From Andalucia godoyi And28 (Eukaryota; Protista; Jakobida), in the NCBI GenBank assembly GCA_009859145.1, contig VRVR01000013.1, positions 210,786-274,785 of the forward strand: DNA of 64,000 nt. The letters run 5' to 3'. A program made the translations under genes and the position numbers. This document shows positions 63,301-64,000 of this stretch, in pieces. Below the pieces are notes generated by a model. It was not told the DNA's origin. It saw only the letters and a list, made by a program, of their open reading frames with translations, and did not search any database. Position 1 is the first letter of the stretch; each line of letters starts with the position of its first letter.

Positions 63301-64000
63301 GCAGTTTTCGCATCGACCAGGTCGCACGATTCGACGTCCGGTGGATGTCCCAGTCATGTTTTCGTGTTCCACATTTCTGGATGTGAATAAGACGCTCTTG
63401 GTTGGCTCGCAGGATGGTTACTTGATGACATATACCTTGGACTATATTGACTCTTCATCCTCAGCAGATTTTAGCTACAACGAATGTTTTGAGATTCCCG
63501 ACTCGAATCTCGTTGGCGTCGAGTATTTACTGCCGTCTGCGGATCAGACACTTGTCCTCTGTTGGACCTCGGAGATGTCATATCTGTACAGATCGACGAA
63601 TTTTGGTGCCCCGGTGCATACGTTTTCCGATTGTCCGACCGTGCAGTTCAGTCCTTCCTCTGTCGATTTTGTCATTGGTGAAGATCTTCGCAATCCGGGG
63701 ACTGCCAAAATATTCTCTACATCAACTGGGATGCTAGTGCATACGCTTCGTGACCCATCCATGCATGCGGAGGCCATTCAAGCGACTGCAGTTCCTGGAT
63801 TCCTCTCGGATGGAAGAAAACCGTGTTTTTCGAATAATGGTGATTTAGTTTTGTTTAATAATACTCTTTGGGATGTTCGCACCAAGGATGCTGTGCACCA
63901 CTTCGACAAATTATCGACTCGTGGATGTTCTGTGTTCCATCCAAACGGTAACTGCGCGTTGATCAACACCGCTGTGTGGGATTTACGCACTTTCAAGTTG
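60341..64000 (+). CDS. DCAF1: DDB1- and CUL4-associated factor 1 (VprBP), 3' end outside the window
   Basis: Frame from ATG 60341 stays open to the window end (no stop, so absent from the ORF track). LisH region IDYPDRELLQLIQAHLISKGLGQAADVLREEAGL, TLDRIVRHYLKQQH..C, PPTFSL..PHRCPEP, WD region LWDVRT..AVHHFDK..FHPNG..INTAVWDLRTFKL. Confidence 0.93.
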   Translation, partial: MAGSEADNVVDQVSAILEDLLDESDTSSRTIPDQTKMLLRIARIFEKERCNYLTTHGDCTIDAVDDYPLGRLIELVKSSQGFIDYLFIQVLLREFGNNPSEENVDFLCAALRAAAAIGEFHDDLSEFFQQSLLQKLESWICDSLSAKRAYSFAVLDVVLGADVDAANHVKQSEQYLDRIVKCVTETVSNEKTMELLLSTTRKSKAQRSAPTLTREDISDRQLAIVEVSSMLGCLRSLINKSDTMNRYATPQFVDNILSLFKIPELMFLISAYSFLVDVIPIRRFASLFLEKGGMSVLLDAPFPEVLLSLAGSCVSSIVLDTTLCSKLISISSRNKLLDVVHFTEALLQSTSPHSKSAGCSIVEGFCHCKILLDLFDDMNGLESVLRALLMGGDDLLDEDQNDQLASALSCLNVYFLSHLALFLFRISNPRQPWPVDKPIENGPEARRAAFSDLRKNAASVIAVLKRLEWKPVALFMKLNGAQILVDTLKKCRVWRDPDLAEEVAHVLEMITIVPSVRPVLCAIPEAISLLFVGMERVVYFSYTLAIASLRVLSNCIYGISEPPSLLQLSECKQIWDHVRRNDGIRVLMSRLRAKLPIDVVFEFRALLCQCLLGICRDSTIRQILRQLRITVLIESLDKDVNLTPGRQNREDYVLFKKVSVNLIQVLTNHKISEEESNSIFRRLEKSSIVAASQIDYPDRELLQLIQAHLISKGLGQAADVLREEAGLVANSAWAESVKSLTSSNVTTSSQLGLSSVAPSSQAAVVTRTPIPVKSQLGRYSSQASQASQASQASQSSQTLDVNGTPGSKITVPLSTSPFLSPSQTFVDGSLRKTLSSPAYVSGVPHSNTKIASILPGVPLEPTPLMLKKRSPIPKLIHDEIQPIPMTTLDDFATASDSSVVPFGDTLDRIVRHYLKQQHRHCKIPMSAPPTFSLVKPHRCPEPLDFEYASSNLLSRMRASRVRGVHAGFGVSPELRNWGKENRSYVFSQFSHRPGRTIRRPVDVPVMFSCSTFLDVNKTLLVGSQDGYLMTYTLDYIDSSSSADFSYNECFEIPDSNLVGVEYLLPSADQTLVLCWTSEMSYLYRSTNFGAPVHTFSDCPTVQFSPSSVDFVIGEDLRNPGTAKIFSTSTGMLVHTLRDPSMHAEAIQATAVPGFLSDGRKPCFSNNGDLVLFNNTLWDVRTKDAVHHFDKLSTRGCSVFHPNGNCALINTAVWDLRTFKL
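62682..62730 (+). repeat. 9-bp coding tandem repeat (TCCCAGGCT)n encoding SQA units within DCAF1
   Basis: Four exact units plus degenerate ones, in frame with DCAF1. Confidence 0.9.

Overview
Gene-dense, intron-poor nuclear DNA of a flagellated eukaryote using the standard genetic code; the species cannot be identified from sequence alone. About 22 protein genes are supported: CSTF1, EMC1, HAUS2, an annexin, an intronless DNAH1-like inner-arm dynein, a PaaI-type thioesterase, a CLC, a PH-GTPase, a kinesin with A9/Ig and PH-like tail, DJ-1, AUH, a VIT-vWA protein, an adenylate/UMP-CMP kinase, ECM29, a PH-CLU-TPR protein, a pseudo-kinesin-MORN3 fusion, an S28 peptidase, a 3'-truncated DCAF1 (missing from the ORF track) and several unknown proteins. 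Three GTATG..AG introns were inferred by eye. The main hidden signal lies in the intergenic gaps: at least five decayed pieces of one IS607-type (serine recombinase + Fanzor2/TnpB) mobile-element family at about 30.5, 33.7-34.05, 41.5-42, 59.4-59.8 and 59.8-60.1 kb. They share a left end and/or a right end that folds like an omegaRNA scaffold (GGGG-CCUA-CCCC hairpin whose loop complements the terminal UAGG). No intact Fanzor or recombinase ORF is in the window. Also notable are a candidate structured ncRNA at 8.9-9.3 kb and several unusual cytoskeletal domain fusions. All family assignments come from motif recognition by eye, not database searches.
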